A DNA stretch of 63,942 nt, filler included, from Choristocarpus tenellus KU-1152 (taxonomy: Eukaryota > Protista > Phaeophyceae), in the NCBI GenBank assembly GCA_964200185.2. It is 10 parts of 10 records of this genome, joined end to end, with 100 filler letters (N's around TTAATTAATTAA, not from the genome) between each part and the next. Parts side by side here need not be neighbours in the genome. Positions count along the whole stretch, not along the records: positions 27,616 to 34,097 come from CAXNAD020008045.1; positions 34,198 to 45,110 come from CAXNAD020002632.1; 8 more parts are not named here. One strand, written 5' to 3'. Both the position numbers and the translations under genes were made by a program. Positions within the stretch are counted from its first letter, which is position 1; each line of letters starts with the position of its first letter. Shown piece by piece: positions 27,670 to 40,625 of this stretch. Under the pieces are notes generated by a model. That model saw only the letters and a list, made by a program, of their open reading frames with translations. It ran no database searches and had not been told where the DNA came from.

Positions 27670-27825
27670 ATTAGTAAACATAATAGTAAACATAGCACTA
27701 AACATGATAGTGAACATAATAGTAAACATAGCACTAAACATGATAGTGAACATAACAGTAAACATAGCACTAAACATAATAGTGAACACAATGGTAAACA
27801 TAGCACTAAACATAATAGTAAAACA
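27670..27825. repeat. 12/36-bp minisatellite
   Basis: AAACATAATAGT and AAACATAGCACT variants in tandem. Confidence 0.85.
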
Positions 27826-28239
27826 CCACCGAAAAGCAATACTTCTTGCACCAATAGGCACTCTAATGACCAACGCAAACAACGCTATCAAGATATGCAT
27901 TGCTGTGACTGTGTGCTGAGTCACTAGAACACACACACACACACAGTTGTACTGGTTCTTGCACTTCATCATCGGGAGAATTATCGGTTCAATTGACTGT
28001 AGTGGGTGATGACCTTCTAGGTGTTCATAATAGTACACATGGCGTGTTTGATTGGTTAAGGCGCATGCTTGGTAGATTTGATTTGGTTTTGCAACACCGA
28101 ATAAAGCACTTAGTGGTGTTATGACTAATAGTACCAGTTTAATGACCATTACTACAAAGCTAACAACTAATACTACAAAGACAATGACTACTACAATCAA
28201 GTTGGTAACTAACATTACAAGCCAAGGGTACAGGGAAAG

Positions 28240-28408
28240 GTCAGTTGACATCTTCAGACAGGTTTGTCAGTTGACATATTCAGACAGGTTTGTCAGTTGA
28301 CATCTTCAGACAGTTTTGTCAGTTGACATATTCAGACAGGTTTGGCAGTTGATATCTTCAGACAGGTTTGGCAGTTGACATATTCAGACAGGTTTGGCAG
28401 TTGACATC
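28240..28408. repeat. 24-bp minisatellite, ~7 copies
   Basis: CAGTTGACAT(C/A)TTCAGACAGGTTTG-type units. Confidence 0.9.
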
Positions 28409-28454
28409 TAAAACGCATTGCATACTGGGAAGTCCATTTGGTATTCAAAGGGTT

Positions 28455-28692
28455 TTCGTACCTCCTTCGAGGCATTTGAAAAAAATCAAATAACATTTAC
28501 AGGGGGGTTTTACCATCATGCAGGCATTGTAAAAATAAAATCAAATAACATTTATTGGGGGTTAGTATCACCTCGAAGGCATTTAAAAAAAAATCAAATA
28601 ACATTTACAGGAGGGTTAGTATCACCTCGAAGGCATTGTAAAAAAAATAAAATAACATTTATTGGGGGTTAGTATCACCTCGAATGCATTGT
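28455..28692. repeat. ~53-bp tandem repeat derived from an exon-intron junction
   Basis: TTAGTATCACCTCGAA(G/T)GCATT occurs three times, plus two degenerate copies. Confidence 0.85.
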
Positions 28693-28789
28693 ACACTGTC
28701 TCGTCATCTGCTTCCGACACAACCTTGTTGTCCTTCAAGATGAACAGGATAAAGCTGATGAGACCCAGGATCATCAGCTCCCTGAAGGT
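28679..28789 (-). CDS. MLO: MLO-family protein, exon 3
   Basis: TFRELMILGLISFILF matches the MLO signature ELMxLGxISxxL; CAG/GT boundaries, phase 0. Confidence 0.88.
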
Positions 28790-29924
28790 CTGTCTCATTG
28801 ATCATAAAAATAAAAAAATCATGAAAACAAATACAAACGATAATCCTCAGTACATATTAATGCAGGATAGCTTTAAAAAAAAAAAATCATTCACAGGGTT
28901 ATCATTCCATCACTTTGATCTGGACTTGTTTTGAATCAAAATACAGGACATCAATAGTGAGGGAGGGACTAGAAAGGATTGGTCATTACCACTCTGTACT
29001 TCATAAATAAAAAAAAGTATTTTGTGACTACTAACAGCATGGTACAACTCCAGAACTGTCTCATCACAAAGTGACATCAACAACATTATTACGTGGCTCT
29101 GTGGCTACATTACCGAACACATCATGGCTCTGGAGTTCTACAACGAAAATACAGTAGTACACTGGAAACATGATTGCCTAGAGATGGACCACAACATATT
29201 ACTCCAATACGACTGCAGAGTACTAGCATCAAGTAGCAAGGCTCTGTAGTTGTATCACCACAACATACTATAGCCCTGGAGCATCATAGTATTGACACCA
29301 TGAGATGACTACCAATACCTAAAAATTTTCATGCTTGAACATTGGTACACAAGGTTCAGTGAGTGATATCCAAGTATATTCAACAAAATGCCAACTCAGG
29401 GATACTTTGAGTCCCTCTTCTTATGCAGGGTGGTATTCATGCCCCCATTGATCGCACTGACATAAAGCATAGGTCCTTGCCTCCATGACAGCACTAATAA
29501 TCATTTTATACTGTTAGGTCCACAACAAACGGGCACATACTTCAGCACAATTGTTTTTGAACAGGCACAACTCCACCTGTCTCTTGTGTTTATGCAATGA
29601 AAGAGGCTTGGCTTCAGTGACGAGTCAGCTTCAAAGAATGAACACTAACCCTAACCCTAACCCTAACCCTAACAATGCCAACAAGGAGAGGTGTAGGTGA
29701 ACTAACCAAGGATACTCAAACCCTAACCCTAACCCTAGGAATATCAACACAAATGATACAACCATGTATCCTGCACCACAAAATAGAATGAGACCAATAA
29801 AATGAATCATCGCATGCAAAACCGAGGGACACAATTAGTATGTTCTTCATCAAACCACCTCTTATAGTATTGTATGCTTTCTGCTACGGAGAAACAATAT
29901 AATTGCACTTCAGTAATGTCCTAC

Positions 29925-30035
29925 CCTGTTTAGAAGATTGATATAGAAAAGCTTCCTCTTCTCGAGGAGGTGTTCCTCGAACAATTCGACGACCTTGTCG
30001 AACACCACTAGCCCCGCGAGCACAATCGTCATCAT
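29925..30035 (-). CDS. MLO: MLO-family protein, exon 2
   Basis: MMTIVLAGLVVFDKVVELFEEHLLEKRKLFYINLLNR (TM1 plus loop); TAG/GT boundaries, phase 0. Confidence 0.85.
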
Positions 30036-30681
30036 CTATCAGACGGAAAAACAGGTTGAAAGTTGGTCAATACCTAGGAGAGGGAAGCAAATGTGTAGTT
30101 TTCAGAAAAAGTAAAGTGTGAACGGAGAGATGCCTGCATCATAGTTGCCATCGTTTCCAGGAGAGTGCAATCCACATGTCAAAATAGTCAGGTGTGTTCT
30201 ACGCTATGGATGAGGCAAAAAAGATGTTCAGATAATAGACGATGCCTACCACACGCATGAGATCCAGCACAAAGTAGAAGTCCTTGATAGCTCATATTGA
30301 GTAAAACAGACCAATGTGCCCTACAGATATGTCAAGTTGACCCACACACGGACTACAGGTAAAGGCTTGTAAACCCATTGTCTATGTCAACTGTCAGGTA
30401 TCAATTCCAGGGCACCCTCAGTGGGCAAGGTAGAACGACTATGGAAAATGAGAAGTATTGTACCTGTGCAATGCGCCACACTTCTTATCCTGACATTCGT
30501 ACCTCCCCGTTTTTATTTCTCCTAACAGTGAAGAAGTCTAGCAAACAACACACTCCTACTCTGAATCGAAACTGAAGTTTTTGCCATCCCTTTCAACATT
30601 CCCTCTCATCGTGCGTCTCTCCCTTTGCTAACACTCCCTTACAGTTTCGCCCTTCCTACCATACTAACGCATTCATCTCAC

Positions 30682-30831
30682 TATCCCAAAGAGGAGAGAA
30701 TCAAAGTTATCTCCGAGGTTGAACACTTCCACATCTCCAGCGCCGATGGCCTGCTTGGGCACTCCGAGGACCAGCAATAGGGATATTACGTAATGGCTCC
30801 ATCCCCATGCTGCAGCACTCCTCACTCCCAT
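30682..30831 (-). CDS. MLO: MLO-family protein, exon 1 (signal peptide)
   Basis: ATG at 30831; 50 codons MGVRSAAAW...FNLGDNFDSLLFGI; donor GTGAGA. Confidence 0.75.
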
Positions 30832-31450
30832 TGTTGAAGGCTGCGTTCGTGCTGATCCTTTCACAGAGTTTGCACAGAGATGGTTCTTAGGATTTCACCC
30901 GTCGTCGTAGCGCTTAGCACCACATGTGCCCGACTGCGTAGGTCACTGCACCGTCATACACGATCGGGCCAACCTTTGGGCTATACTAACGCAGAACAGT
31001 ACCTGGAAAGGATTTCTATCGCCCTTAATCTGTATGTACGCTCCCAACCCTAACCACTACTACTCAGTGTTCTATGCGTTGTCGTGATGTAGGCGTTTGG
31101 AGAGAGTTCTGGAGTAAAAAAATAGAATCTCCAACAGAAGTGTGATACTAGTGTGTAAGTCGAGTTGATTGCAACAACATTTTGATATCGAATAATCCAC
31201 CTCATTTCAAAACAAACCGTCCGATTTCATCTCACCTCATTGGAAGAAATATTTGTAGTTTTGACCTCATTTGATGAAATTGAACTTCTAACAAATAACT
31301 AGCGATTCTTTGAGAACTTGGTGTGAGACTTTGCTACTTGAGCGTTGGATTAGGTAACTTGAGGGTAGACCGTATGTGCGACCTCAGAAATATCACCTTG
31401 AGGAACTCATAACGATAGCATTCTCGTTTCAAAGAATGAATCAGAGTCCC

Positions 31451-31530
31451 ATGTCGTCACGTGTGATGGTGGTCCTCGCTCTCTTCACCTCAGCTGCCAA
31501 GTTAGTAGTAGGTGCTGAAGAGGAGAGCAG
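31451..31530 (+). CDS. Probable MLO paralog, exon 1 (signal peptide)
   Basis: MSSRVMVVLALFTSAAKLVVGAEEES; CAG|GTGACA donor, phase 2. Confidence 0.65.
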
Positions 31531-31729
31531 GTGACACCTTTAGCTGACCTCCCCCCGTAAGATTCTTTTTGGCGATTCACTAACTATAGGGATATCCATT
31601 GCCCCTCAATAAATCTTACAAGCTCGCTGCATGGCCCCTGCAACTTACGACTGTAGTTTGTATTTCCTTGCATCAGTCTGTTAAACTTGGAGACCGCTCC
31701 CAAACCCTTGATCTTCACACGATACAAAG

Positions 31730-31895
31730 TCACCATAGCAGCAGTGAGGAAAGCAGTCACCATAGCAGCAGTGGAGAGGGTCATGGAAGTGGTCATGATA
31801 GCGGTCACGCTGAGCCAAATATGTTTGCATTGGGTGGTCTATTCGACTACAACACCTTCATTGTGCTCTTGGCTATCTTTGGGGTAGTCATTCTG
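31730..31895 (+). CDS. Probable MLO paralog, exon 2 (His/Ser-rich + TM1)
   Basis: In-phase AAG acceptor; the EESSHHSSS repeat is continuous across the junction. FALGGLFD aligns with FNLGDNFD of the neighbouring gene. GTGAGT donor. Confidence 0.7.
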
Positions 31896-34025
31896 GTGAG
31901 TTTCTCTTCCTGATGAGCAATATAAAGGTGTGTAACAGGAGAATATGCAGAGGAGCAAGTGTATATTTTGGTGTTCTATTAGGTATTATGGCGAGACGAT
32001 ATACCCATCCTATTTTCACGCGTCATGCTTGGTCGAACGATCTACCTATGTGCCATGGTGACCACGTCCTCTACACTTGCATTCTGTATATTGTTTGCCC
32101 CAAGGAATCCTATGAACAATAACTGTTGTTCCAGGTCCCACTGTTGGGTTGATCCTTCCTCTCCTTCAACGAAGAATAGTAAACAGGTCACTGGTGATGG
32201 TGTAATCGATTCTTTGTGACTATTGTTTCCTCTCACCCCTGTTTCTTTCTCGGGTGTAGTTGATTTTTCATCAATATACACCGCCCTGAGGATGCTTCAA
32301 TTCAAACGCAACCACGCAACCACACGCATGCATGCGCACACGCATATCTTCCCAACAATGAGGGCCATGTACCAGTAGTTGTACTTAACGGCGTGGCATG
32401 TTACGACAACATTTTCAGCTTGATCGCAGGTCAAGTTTTCTATTTGCACCTTTTTGTGAGTCCATATACCGGAGAACCTCATCTCTGTTTTTGTTTGCGA
32501 TATAGTGAAGAGTATCCTGCTGCAACACAGAAATTCAAAATGACCACATGCATATCTTACTTAACATACCAAAAAAAGTAGCAAATAACCCTCCTCTTCC
32601 GTCAGATTTTCTTGAGCGGACATGGTACTACATTCTTTTTTTTAATTCTCTCATTATGTTATTCTTATCATTGTGTCAATAATAGTACATTTGTACATGC
32701 ATTTAGTGGATAGGTAAGGGTAGGGTTAGGGTGGGGTTGGTCATCAATCATCTTCACCTTGACGGCTTTGTTGGAAGGATGGGGTCGGTCAGGGTTGCTA
32801 TTAGCTTCATGATTGCTTTATTTTTTTATGTTTTCGGATGAGAAGATTTATGTTCCTACTGATAACCCTAACCCTAAGGTAAATTAGCACATTCCAGTTG
32901 TTTCATTTGTTCCGGACACAAGTGCAAGTTGTGATTAGCAGTACTTGTGATTAGGGTTAGGGTTAGGGTTAGGGAAGTTGTAGGCGTTGAACCACTTTGT
33001 CCTTAGTATGCTCTCGCTACCCCCCTAACAAATGCAACTTACTCCATGGGAGTTTTGGGGGATTGGGGCGTGAGGGAGAGAATTGCATGTTCTAGAGTGG
33101 TTAGGGTTATGGTTAGGTAGTTATCCCCACACAGGCCGGAATTGGGGTTAGGTAATTACCCCCACACAGAACGGAAAATTTGTTTGACTGGTTCAATTTA
33201 AGCCCTCTTCTCTTCAGGGGTATGCCAATTGCCGATTGATTGGGTTTTGAGGTTACTTTATTAGGGTGTTTTTTGCATGGGCAATAGATTTCTGCTCAGG
33301 GTCGGTGTCAGGGTAAGAGTTACTGTGTGCAAATGATTTGATCATCATAGCTATAACTCTTCTTGATATCTCCAATGCCATTCTTCTGATAAACAGTGGT
33401 GATAATGAATGTTTCAAGGTGTTTTTTTTTTTTTTAATCACCGTAGGAGTTGTGATGCAGGCAAGATATCTATGTATGTATCTATATATATATGTGTGTG
33501 TGTATATGTATGTATATGAAGTAAGGTGCATGTAACCTTCAAAAAGGCTGGGTTCAAATGGGGAAAATTTGACCCCAGATACAGATCATACAGAAATAGA
33601 AAGTGTTGTCGTTATTTTATTGGCTTGAGACTTCTGATTGATCAATGCAATGGGCCAGACATTTTATTTTTATTTTTATTCATGGGGACCCGAATACAGC
33701 CACCAACTACTTTTTTTTTTTAAATTAAAAAAAATCCTGGGTTTGCCTGCTGGCTTTGCATTGGCTTGGCTACCCACGCCACGCCCCTTCAACCTCCGAT
33801 GGATACAAAATATATATTTCACTATTATTTTCTTTTTATTATTTTTTGAACGCAGTTGATTGATTGATTCTGACATGTTTGTTGGTGAAAACACCGATAG
33901 GCCCCCTTGGAAAAATTTCTTATTGTCAATCTTGGAGCCCTAACCCTAACCACGATATCATTTGAATTTGTCGGCCTGAACGCCACTCTAACCCTAATCA
34001 CCTTGTTTGTTTTTTTATCCCTTCC

Positions 34026-34058
<33 letters not shown>

Positions 34059-34355
34059 ACCCCACCACCCCTACCCCCCACACCATCTTCACACACCNNN
34101 NNNNNNNNNNNNNNNNNNNNNNNNNNNNNNNNNNNNNNNNNTTAATTAATTAANNNNNNNNNNNNNNNNNNNNNNNNNNNNNNNNNNNNNNNNNNNNCCC
34201 CCTCCCAGATACTTTGAGCCTAATTTGTCAAGATTCATCATGATAATTAGCAAGGGCTATCAGAAAACAGAAGTATAAGTTGGACAGGTGTGGGGGAGGG
34301 AAGGGGCACTGGGGTACGGTTTGGGTTTTGGAAAAAGATTTGTCATACAACTCAC

Positions 34356-34508
34356 CAGAATCATGATTCCAGCGTAGGCCTTGTACAAGTCATGTTCTGT
34401 CGTGTCGCAAACGATGCTGTAGTCAGCCCTCAGGTATCTCACACCTAAGTCTTCCACTTTGTCACAGGAAAATGTCTCAAACACTGTGGTGGAGACAGAG
34501 CTAAACAC
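34356..34508 (-). CDS. Same gene, exon with YLRADYSIVC motif
   Basis: VFSSVSTTVFETFSCD...YLRADYSIVCDT...YAGIMIL; TAG/GTGAGT boundaries. Confidence 0.9.
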
Positions 34509-35380
34509 CTACAAATAATGGAGTCATCCCATTGGCACAAAATAATGACAAAGCCCAATAGATATAAAAAGAAGACAAAAGACTGATGCTGATGCATATA
34601 TATGTGGATGGTGTCGGTATTATCCATAATGCTTCAGTTGTCCAAGCTAGATCACTATCATCTCCTCATAGTCATATTGTTAAGTTTACTGTCTGACCCA
34701 ACCGTTTTTTTTGGAGAAAATCGGTCACTATATTGTTCCTAAACGCCCACATAAACCCTAACCCTAACCCTACAACAGAATAGGGATACTTGCTGTCTCT
34801 AAAGGCTATTGGAGTTCAAATTGATAGGCAGTGCAAATAGAGCATAGAATGCCATGGTAGAACACTACACAAGAGCGAAAAACACTTCTTCATCATATAC
34901 CTATAACACTATTGTGAACCATAAAGTAGAAGAAATTCTAAAATAGCAAAAAGTAGAAATCAGAAAAATGTGATATAGAAATATAAAGCACGCTCTATTC
35001 ATGTCCAGTTGTGCAGACGAAAACGAAAAAAATATCTACAACATATCACAACAAGTAATTGCTCTCGATTATACAGCTAAAATATATGAAGTCAACAATA
35101 TATTTATAAAACCAGAGATATTTGAAATTATATAGCAATTTATATTAGAAAACACTACTACAGTAAGAAAGCAAACAAAATATTTCCTTCAGCCCTATGA
35201 ATGTCTACTTTGAAGCGTAATGCAATAGAATATACATACACGACCTTCAACATACGATATGCAACCACAAAAAACATCCACAACCATTCAAGTACTCTGA
35301 AGAACATATTAAAAAGGTGCAGGACACAAAAAGCGGCTATGCCTTCGTAGTATACCCTATGGGCCTCAAGAAATACTCAC

Positions 35381-35680
35381 CAGAAACGTGAGCAGGAGTC
35401 CAAACGCAACATGCCTCGAGAATACTGAGGTAAGCTCCTCTTGACTTGCTGGTAGGTCACTATGCTTCACAGAGCGCCTTGCAAAGAAATAAGTGACCCC
35501 AAGCATACCAGTGAGGACAATCGGCAACAGTGTGACAAACAGTAGCCGGTGGTAGAAATTTATCCCCTCAAACAAACATGATGCAGAGACAATGGACCCA
35601 AGGTTGAGGTTGACCACGTTGATCAGTGACAAGAATGTTTCGTAGGAAGCCGGGTAGGAGATATTGGTGATGGAAGGAAA
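35381..35680 (-). CDS. Same gene, TM exon
   Basis: FPSITNISYP...NFYHRLLFVTLLP...LLLTFL; 300 nt; CAG/GTGAGT boundaries. Confidence 0.88.
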
Positions 35681-36636
35681 CTGTGAAGGAACAAGAAAAT
35701 CGAGATACGACCAAGGGGCAGTGGAGGGGCATAGTGTGGGTAAAACATGTGAAGCAAGTCAAAAGAGGAAAGAAAACAGTAATCCCAAACATCATCACCA
35801 GGAGGTTATGGTGCCATGGTGTTTGTGGACACAAAAAGATTATTCCCAAGCGTAGCAGGAAGCCAATGGAAACACGGGGATTTAGGGTCATGGTAAAGGA
35901 CACATTTGATGGAATTCGGGATGGGTGAAGATGGAGAAAGGAACTTGAAGAGGAAAGGACTCCATCAGGCAAGGTTATTGGGAGAACAACAGCAGAAGGT
36001 TTGTATGGCTTAGAAATTTCAATTGGCTGCAACTATAGTACTTCCCACAACTGAACCCACATAATGAGAGAGTGCTATCCCTAACTGCACGGCAGCAAGG
36101 GCCGACACCAAAAAAGAAGTTGACAAGATATTACAATAAATTAGTGTAGCCCCTTAAAATTCCCTAAACCTAACCTAATCTTTATTCTGCATCATGACAC
36201 GGAGAAAAAAGATACATCTTGAACTGGGGCAAGAAAAAAGAGTGAAAAAAAATAATTGCATTCATTTTGACACGTGTGTGAGTTCAACATACATTTGACT
36301 TGATATGACTATACAAGCATTCTACGTTTACCCTCACTGCCATTCTCATTTCTTCATAGTCTTTGAAAAAGCATAGAACACAAATAATAACGAATACCAC
36401 TTCACTGTCCACATACAGGCATTAAAAAAACTTCAAAGTATACGTATATGCTCGGAGTAGTTGACTATATGTACTTCTGACACGAGCTTCAAGAGATTTA
36501 AAGTAGCAATCAAAAAGACGAAAGCGCCTCCACAACTGTCAGCCCAAACGCTGGTCATGTACCACCTGTCAGGGCTATACAGTAGTAGAGCATTGACATA
36601 TCATTCCTACTAAATATCATATTATGTAACACTCAC

Positions 36637-36659
36637 CGCTGAGAGGATTTGCCACACAA
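36637..36659 (-). CDS. Same gene, 23-nt microexon
   Basis: CAG|TTGTGTGGCAAATCCTCTCAGCG|GTGAGT encodes VVWQILSA and fixes the phase 1-to-0 transition. Confidence 0.85.
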
Positions 36660-37289
36660 CTGGCAAGTTGCCGTGTGGTAGAGTAATTTATCGAATTTAC
36701 AGATGTCAGTGCAGCAGGAAGCATCAGTCACCATGATATCAGAAAAAAAAATCAAAGGGACAAGAAGAACAGTCAAGAGTCGGGCCCAGTGGAAGCAAGT
36801 AGAACGAGTTACCAAGGCTAGACAAACCTCAACTCAATTCATGATAGCAAAGCCAAATTAGCCCATACTCTACCATAACATTGTGGTGACATTTTTCATC
36901 CCTTAAACCTAACCATGAACTTGACCCCAAGATGATCGTAAAAATCGGCGTTGAAATATATTAGGGCGACAAAGGTTCAGGTTGCCAATTAAGTAAGTGT
37001 AGCACTAACCCCAACCCCCCCAAAAAAAAAACTTGGGTTTAACTGAAATGAAGATAGCAGCAAGGGTTCAATTTTTGGTTGAGAATTTTTTTTTAAGTCA
37101 ACCTCAGCTAAACGCTATTCCCAACCACCAGATTACCACCCAGTGTCAAGATTACTGATTGAATACTTGTCTGAAACGACGCAGAATAGGACAAAGAAGT
37201 ATTGAGACTGTGCTTTGACTCGATGTACAGTTTACTGTATCTGTAGTCGAATCATCGAACTGGAATATCAGATGCATAAAATATTGTAC

Positions 37290-39600
37290 GTTGGACGACA
37301 TGCTAGTCAATACATTGCACTTGTTGACTGACTGCAAACGGGGAGTAGCTCAAGCTATGGAGGATGTCTCTCTACCTTATCTGCAGTTGGATAAAGACCA
37401 TGTCTACTACAAACACAGGAAACTAATACACTCCTTTGAGCTACAGTCAGCTCAACATTGTAGCTCACATTCCTCAAGTGCTGAGCGTAGTTTGTACGAG
37501 AGCAGAGATGGGTATGTCAACCACCAAGGCAATAGTGGCAAAGATCAGAGCCATGTAAGACAATTGGCAAACCCCCACAGGGCTAAGACAATGCTCACCG
37601 ATTTGAGAGGATTTGAAGCGATAGGTAATGACGGATGTCATGGTGGAACTTGTAGGACAAGCGGTGGGAGTAGCAAAATTTGGTGTGGAGGAAAGGAGAT
37701 ACAAACTCTTGATAATGAGGGGACAGACCTTGAATGGAGATGGTACGGGAGAAAGAATGGGAAGCTCCTAGAACTAACATGCAAATTTATGTCATCTACA
37801 GGTGAACTATGGGAGTTATTTTCTTTTGGACGATGAAGAAGGATTTTGAGCATGTGCGTCCACAAGGGAGTGGAAGTTGCCCCTCACCAAAATGGAGTGC
37901 GTCAGAGTTGGTAACGACGACATCATGGATAAACATCATGAGAGACGTTTGGTGAGGGAAACTCAAAATGACAACGTCGTCACCTTAAGAGGTGAATGGA
38001 GGGCAAGCGAAAGATAGTGCTCTCAACTACAAGTTGCTGAGTATTTGCTGCTTTGAAGAGTCAATTCTTGCTGAAGGGTTATTTTTATAAAGGGCGGAGA
38101 TCAGGGTGACTCTGACCAAAATTCGTTCAAGGAAGGGTCAAAACCAATCGCCCAAAATGGTTGAGAAAAAAGGAGTGATGCATAATAGTATTGTAGAGAT
38201 AAGTCAGAGATGTTGCCGAGACGAATGGGTTGCAGACAGGGGTGGGATGTAGTGATGGAGGACAATTTGTAGGTTATCCATTCGTATCAGTGTCGGAAGA
38301 GCATGGCATTATGCAGGACCTAACTTTCTCGGGGAGTGTCACAATTCAATGGGGTGGTGGAGAGGGACTTGGCGTTGATTGCTGAAAACGCCAACGTGAT
38401 AGGGTTACGACCAGGTTGGACAATGGCCTGTTGCTGTGTGTTATAGCTTGCTCGATGGTGACTGAGATGCACAACAACATTCGAAGTTCAGCCAACCCAA
38501 ATTGGGCTGAACTGTATGAGCTCTGGCACGGACATCCTTGTGGAGTATTGGATTTCCTGCTTGTGGGGTACACAGGAGTTTGCACATGTAGATAATAAGT
38601 AACATAAAATACCACCACACAAAGGACCATGTACATCGATGGGTTTAGAGTCCAATCACCTCACTAACTATTTTCGAGTATTACTGAGAAATTCAGGAAG
38701 CTTCGTGACAAGGAGGGACATGACCTCGAAGCCAATATGGTATCCGCAAGCTGATGACTATTCGAAGAAGTTGACACTGGATTTGAACGCAGACCCTTGG
38801 GACCATATTAATTTGAGTACCTGTTTAGATTAAGAGGAAACGGGTGAGAGTACTCAGCAGGTAGAGTATGGTGAGGCAGAGGAACCCAGGGAACTACTTT
38901 AAGATACTGCGGAGGAACTAGAAGGTGATAGGGGGGAATCCAGATGGGATGTGGGGGAAATTAAAAGCGGTACGGAAGAAGTAAAAGGGAATGGGGAAGA
39001 AGGAACCACGGAAGAGTAAGATCAAGATGTGTTCGAGGAAGATGGAATGAAGAACCTTGCTGAACAATCTGAAGAGCATGGAGGTGAATGGAGGTCAAGG
39101 ATGCCGCCCTGGTTGGATATATACATCCCCAGGCCATCTGAGGAACCCCTGTAATCTGGGAGAACGGGTCGCGGTTTAACAGGTTCCTCTCGGATAGTAA
39201 CAATGATGGTACACAACACGGTGAGGACCGAGATCAGGGATGAGTTGGTTTGAGGTGGGCCAGGAGACATCCTATCTAATCAACCACCTTCCATACCAAA
39301 GACTATGGATGAGGCGCTTTGGTTAGATGAGTCCTTGTATTGGACTCAAGCCATGAAGGAGAAGTTGGATGGGCTCACGAAAAACAGGACATTGGTCCAA
39401 GTCCCGAGACTGGCGCACAAGATGTGCTGAAGACGAAATTCGTCCATGCGTAGGAAAGTGGATACGATTGCTTTGGTGGAGAAATGAAAGGCGAGCCTCA
39501 TTCTTCACGGACTTGTACAGAGGAAAGGGCAAGACTGGCATGAGAGGTTCACTCCTACTGTTTTCATGGTGAGCATGCACCTGATACTATCACCCTAAAT
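37290..39600 (+). mobile_element. Degenerate Ty1/Copia retrotransposon internal fragment
   Basis: Integrase motif QFNGVVER (~38340) followed by the RT start PKTMDEAL..YWTQAMKEKLDGL..N (~39290), i.e. Copia domain order. Boundaries are approximate. Confidence 0.75.
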
Positions 39601-40625
39601 GTGCTCATTGTGGCACTTGAGTCAGACTGAAGCACAGCAAAGCATTGAAATTATATTGCTGCTGTGTAGGAGGGTACTAATATGGATTTACCAGAATGTG
39701 TGGTGCAATTTGATGGTGCAGTGTGGAAACTGGGCAAATCTTTGTACAGAATCGTGTAAGCTTCTAGGACCTGGAATTTGCAGCTGGTGGAGTGTATACT
39801 GGAACCGGGGTTGGACTATTGTATCTTCCGTTGGATGTTGAAGGATTAGAGTTAGGGTTAGTTCATGTTGACAACAATGTCATGGGTAGTAATGGAGCGG
39901 AGATTTCTCAAACTATGGGACAGCATCTAGGTACCAGTTGATTGGTTATGCCTATCCTGATTTCGCCTGTATAATTGAGACTAGTGTTTTTGTGTCTGGA
40001 GGTGTAGTATCAAACGGGGAAGCTTGTGCTTCTTGGTGATCATGTGCAGAAGATAGGTAATGAAGTTAAAATTCAAATCGGCGACCCACATTACACCATA
40101 ATGGACACAACTGATGCCCAGAAAAATTACCCAGATTCAAAGAAAGCACAGAAACACATGCCTGATACCACCGAATAAAATAAGTAACCTCTCCTCCTCT
40201 TCACCCAAACCCCAGTACATCAATACTGTATTCCTTGCACTAATATACGAGTTGTCAGTCTGTTTTAGTAGATTCATTATCTGGATGTCATGGTACAGGA
40301 AGATTAGGGTTAGGGTTAGCGTTAGCTAGGGATAGGGGTGAACTTAGGGTGTGGATTGCTCAAAAAAAATAATGTTCTACATACTTCGAAGTATAATGCG
40401 CAGTACCCCGTCAATCACAAGATTTTTCGTAGCAATCATAAAAATGCTCTTAGAAGTGATCATAAATGCGCTGTCAACCAATACTAGGCACTTACAAGTA
40501 TTTATGCAATTGTCATGTAAACATTCCACTTCACATTCTCAACTATAGAGCTTAATCTGAACCATAACCCAGGAATGAAATATCATTACAGTACCCTTAC
40601 AGGCAGGGTAACAAGTTGTACTTAC

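Noticed and set aside
27568-28251. 227-aa hydrophobic ORF, including AMHILIALFAL as a possible MLO exon 4
   Set aside because: Mostly translation of minisatellite and simple repeats; no convincing donor site, so left unassigned.
28240-28692. CRISPR-like array
   Set aside because: Units are contiguous or have near-identical spacers, the context is a eukaryotic intron, and no cas genes are present.
32951-33117. True chromosome end
   Set aside because: Telomeric tracts are short, internal and occur in both orientations.
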